A DNA stretch of 62,707 bases, filler included, from Pseudomonadota bacterium (GTDB taxonomy: Bacteria; Bdellovibrionota_F; JAHFAK01; JBDREC01): NCBI GenBank assembly GCA_043820105.1. It is 4 parts of 4 records of this genome, joined end to end, with 100 filler letters (N's around TTAATTAATTAA, not from the genome) between each part and the next. Parts side by side here need not be neighbours in the genome. Positions count along the whole stretch, not along the records: positions 44,725 to 62,707 come from JBDREC010000085.1; 3 more parts are not named here. One strand, written 5' to 3'. Numbering within the stretch: position 1 is the first letter of the stretch; every line of letters starts with the position of its first letter. Positions 59,536 through 62,707 of this stretch are shown here, piece after piece. A program made the position numbers and the translations under genes. The notes beneath the pieces were generated by a model, which had not been told where the DNA came from, did not search any database, and was given only the letters and a program-made list of their open reading frames with translations.

Positions 59536-61710
59536 TTATGAACCGTCTGCTTTATGGGTTACTTTAGTTGTTGCTGTGCTCGTAGAAGCTTGCTCACCAG
59601 GACCTTGCTTCGGCCTTGGGATCGTTGTTGTCCTTGCATTTGGTGTAGGTGAAACATTTGGGGCTTGTTTTTGTATAATGCCTGTTTGCCCTGGCCTTGG
59701 ACTCACTCCGGTCTGATTTGGAGCAAAAGCAGATTTTTCTTTTACTGAAGTTGTTTCTGTGCTTTCCTTGGCTTCTGGATTCATGCTATCCATTTTAACC
59801 TCAGCAACTTTTAATGCTTTTTCTAAATCAAGCTCACCATTTTTTATCATCAGCCTAACAACTTTTACAAATTCTTTTCTTGCTTTAAATATTTCACCTT
59901 GTGCAATATTTCTTTGTTTTTCTATATCAAAGGTAAGCATTTCGGCTTTTCTTTCAGGCAGTATTCCTAATATAGCTTTTACTATTTTTTCATCAGCTGA
60001 AACCATGCTTGAAGAAAGAACCGTTCTAGGCACTTCTCTTAATATGTTTTTCAATGCATCTCTCTTTAGGTGAATTATATCATCATAAACAAAGTATGAT
60101 TTTCTAATTCTGTCAGTTAGCTCTGGGTCAGATTGTTTAATAGAATCAAGAATGTTCTTTTCAAGGCTTTGGTCAAGGTTATCAAGAACTGAAATCAAGC
60201 TATTAACGCCCATTCCAGGAGTGAATTCAAATTTAGGAATATGTAATGATTTTTCCGCTAATCTTCTTTGAATTGCATTTAATATTTTAATATCAACAAA
60301 ATTAATATTTCCAAGTTCTACAGCAAGTTTACTTCTCTTGTCATCCTCAAACTGAGCCAGAAGCTTTGATGCTCTGTCAGGTGGTAGATGAGCAAGCAAT
60401 AGTGCAATTACAGGAGGTTCTTCGTTTTTAATTAAATAGAAGATTTGATAATCACTCATTTTCTTTAAGAATACAAAATGCTCTTTGCTTGCACCTTCTG
60501 AGTCTGCAAGAGTTGCTACTTTTTGAGCCATTAAACCATTGTTAAATCTGTCTAAAGCTTCCATTTGTTCTTGAGGCTTCCAGTCTGTAACAGAACCATA
60601 ATATGTGAAAATTTTATTTTTCACCAGAGAAGAAACTGATCCAAGTAATGACATTGAAGTTTCAAGGCCAAAGGATTTAATAATTGCTGCTGCTTGTCTA
60701 AGACCATTTTCTTCTGTTATCCAGTTCTCTAAAACATTAGCTACATATTCAGGTCTGCCATATGCTAAATTAATTATTTCCTGTTTAACAAGTTCTTTAT
60801 TAATATTCATTATAGATTCATCAACAGGTTTTTGCTCAACACTAACCGCTGGAGTTGGTGCTTGTGTTACACTTGTTTGTCCAGAAGGCAGTTGCATATT
60901 TTTTGTATACTCAGAACCTTGTTGTTCGGGTCCCTGTGGAAACATTATTTGAGCATCTCTCATTTTTGGAGATTTGTTTTTTAATATTAACACTAGTAAA
61001 AGTAGGAAAAGCAGTAATAATCCTAGGATTACAAAAGTTACCACAAGCCACTTATACTCTTCCATGAAGGCTGGTTTTTTTGTTTCTTCTGGAGTTTTGG
61101 GTTTTTCCATGCCTTCAGGTTTTTGGTTTTGCTCATTTTGCATATCTTGTTTTGGAGGAGCTTTAACTACTTCTTCTTTGGCTTCTGGTTTTAAAGAATA
61201 ATCTACAAGCTTTATGCTGAGATTGTCACCTCTTCTTGCATTTAGTTGAGCAATTTTTGTAATAATTCCTCTAATAAGCGAGATTTTTTCTGAATCAATT
61301 TCCTTGTTTAATATCAAGGTAACCTGTCTTATGAACTTTTCAGAAACTCCATCTTGAGAAAAAGAAGCGAAAGTATCAGGCAAAATTTGCTCTGGAGTCA
61401 TCATAGCACCGGGAGGTCCCAAGAGGCCTGGTAGATTTCTTTCTAAATCTTTCAAATCATAGTTAGGTTCATAAGGGGCCTGATAAGATGAATCAAAATC
61501 AAATTGTTTTTGGGTTGGCATTAAGTCTACATAAACGTAATAGTCATCTTCATTCATTAATGTAGATAAAGATTTTTTGATTCTTGATTCAATGAGTTTT
61601 TCTAGTTCCCATTCCTTGTCAAAAACATCAGATGTTAAAGTCAAAGGAAGCAGCATAACTAATGCTACGGCACTAGTTAATAATAATTTAATAAATGTTA
61701 AATTTTTCAA
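59536..61710 (-). CDS. FliF(C-terminal ring motif)-FliG fusion protein
   Basis: Signal peptide, RRGDNLSI, one TM, PEYVANVLENWI, GLRQAAAII, NEEPPVIALLLAHL, YFVYDDI, LPERKAEML. Confidence 0.82.
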   Translation of the reverse strand: MKNLTFIKLLLTSAVALVMLLPLTLTSDVFDKEWELEKLIESRIKKSLSTLMNEDDYYVYVDLMPTQKQFDFDSSYQAPYEPNYDLKDLERNLPGLLGPPGAMMTPEQILPDTFASFSQDGVSEKFIRQVTLILNKEIDSEKISLIRGIITKIAQLNARRGDNLSIKLVDYSLKPEAKEEVVKAPPKQDMQNEQNQKPEGMEKPKTPEETKKPAFMEEYKWLVVTFVILGLLLLFLLLLVLILKNKSPKMRDAQIMFPQGPEQQGSEYTKNMQLPSGQTSVTQAPTPAVSVEQKPVDESIMNINKELVKQEIINLAYGRPEYVANVLENWITEENGLRQAAAIIKSFGLETSMSLLGSVSSLVKNKIFTYYGSVTDWKPQEQMEALDRFNNGLMAQKVATLADSEGASKEHFVFLKKMSDYQIFYLIKNEEPPVIALLLAHLPPDRASKLLAQFEDDKRSKLAVELGNINFVDIKILNAIQRRLAEKSLHIPKFEFTPGMGVNSLISVLDNLDQSLEKNILDSIKQSDPELTDRIRKSYFVYDDIIHLKRDALKNILREVPRTVLSSSMVSADEKIVKAILGILPERKAEMLTFDIEKQRNIAQGEIFKARKEFVKVVRLMIKNGELDLEKALKVAEVKMDSMNPEAKESTETTSVKEKSAFAPNQTGVSPRPGQTGIIQKQAPNVSPTPNARTTTIPRPKQGPGEQASTSTATTKVTHKADGS

Positions 61711-62681
61711 TAACTTTTTCCTAATCTTTGTTTAACCTTATTATATATAGTCAAAACTTCCATGTTAGAAGGATCAATTTCTAGCGACTTTTTCCAGGAA
61801 CCAAGAGCGGAAACATAGTCTTTTTTTAGAAAATAGATAGATCCTTGTAAAGCATGAGCAAAAGCCATTTTACTGTCAATTGAAATAGCTTTATAAGTTT
61901 CAAGTAAAGCCTCATTTAATTTATTCATTTGAACATATCTTTGGGCATTAAAAATGTGATTCAATGCGTCTGCATTTGCGTTGCCAGCAAAATTAGCAGA
62001 GCCTCCACCTTCTTTAAGTTCAGCAAGCTTTTTTTCCATTTCTTCAAGCTTTTTCATTAAATCAGAAAATTCTGAATTTGTCGAAGCAGCTGGCTCTCTT
62101 TCAGAAAAGAGTTCTTTTAATAATTCTTCATCACTTGGAAGAGGAGGCGTTGCAACAGGAGGGCTTGTAAGTTTTGCATCTCCAAAAATATTTTCTTCTA
62201 AAGATTCTGCTGGCAGCTTGAGATCAGAATTTTCTTGTTTTGGATTGTCTTCAGGAAATTCTAAATCATCTTTATAATCTGAAGGTTTGCCATCTATAGA
62301 TGGTGATTCAATGCTTTGGGGTTCTGTATTAGTTAAAACATCCCCCCTATTTTCAGTAACACTGTCATCGTTTAAAAGGCTAATAAATAAAGAAATTTCT
62401 GTGCCATCAAAACCCCCAACATTCACAACGTTAGTTGCATAGCCTTCTTTTTCTATATAGACCTTGGTTGAAGGAGAGATGTTTTCAATATCATCTTCAA
62501 TTGTAATGGGAGTGTATCCTTTAAATACTTTGTCTTTTCTCGTTTGATAATAGACTTTTGCATTCGTAGGATCAGAACTAATATTAAAAGCGCGGGAAGC
62601 ACACCCAATAAAAGCGAAAATAAAAGAAAAATTTATAAATACTACTAATAATCTTAAAGTTTGCTTTTTCATAACCGCCAC
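61707..62681 (-). CDS. PEGA-domain / TPR lipoprotein
   Basis: Lipobox FIGC; ISSDPTNAKV...GYTP...IEKEGY; C-terminal TPRs. Confidence 0.8.
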   Translation of the reverse strand: MAVMKKQTLRLLVVFINFSFIFAFIGCASRAFNISSDPTNAKVYYQTRKDKVFKGYTPITIEDDIENISPSTKVYIEKEGYATNVVNVGGFDGTEISLFISLLNDDSVTENRGDVLTNTEPQSIESPSIDGKPSDYKDDLEFPEDNPKQENSDLKLPAESLEENIFGDAKLTSPPVATPPLPSDEELLKELFSEREPAASTNSEFSDLMKKLEEMEKKLAELKEGGGSANFAGNANADALNHIFNAQRYVQMNKLNEALLETYKAISIDSKMAFAHALQGSIYFLKKDYVSALGSWKKSLEIDPSNMEVLTIYNKVKQRLGKSY

Positions 62682-62707
62682 AAATAATTGATGTTTTAAT
62701 AATTTCC

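Noticed and set aside
59536-61710. Ordinary flagellar fliG
   Set aside because: Has a signal peptide, TM helix and FliF-like domain; no flagellar genes adjacent in the window.

Overview
This AT-rich window is four contigs joined by artificial 100-nt N/TTAATTAATTAA linkers (6427-6526, 36823-36922, 44625-44724), so it is probably a metagenome-assembled genome. Contigs 1, 2 and 4 look like a low-GC deltaproteobacterial/Bdellovibrionota-like organism (inference). Contig 3 (36923-44624) has archaeal-style promoters and may be mis-binned. Contig 1 is a type IV pilin locus: one intact pilA, two decayed pilin units and a further sigma-54 pilin-type promoter/leader, interleaved with a HEPN/MNT pair, an AAA+ ATPase and an RCC1-repeat lipoprotein. 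Contig 2 carries an IS end, etfBA plus an Fe-S oxidoreductase, a lysC-lysA fusion and recQ. It also holds the best candidate for an undescribed system (about 18.2-27.6 kb), in this order: GNAT, an unannotated 36-aa Cys-containing peptide, an RRE-ThiF adenylyltransferase, an orphan peptide-binding protein, a hybrid histidine kinase, a sigma-54 activator, a sigma-54-driven HExxH peptidase and a putative sigma-54-driven anti-Shine-Dalgarno sRNA. This reads like a RiPP-based signalling/quorum-sensing circuit. Contig 4 has housekeeping and envelope genes and a natural FliF-FliG fusion outside any visible flagellar operon. All calls come from motif recognition by eye; no database searches were run.
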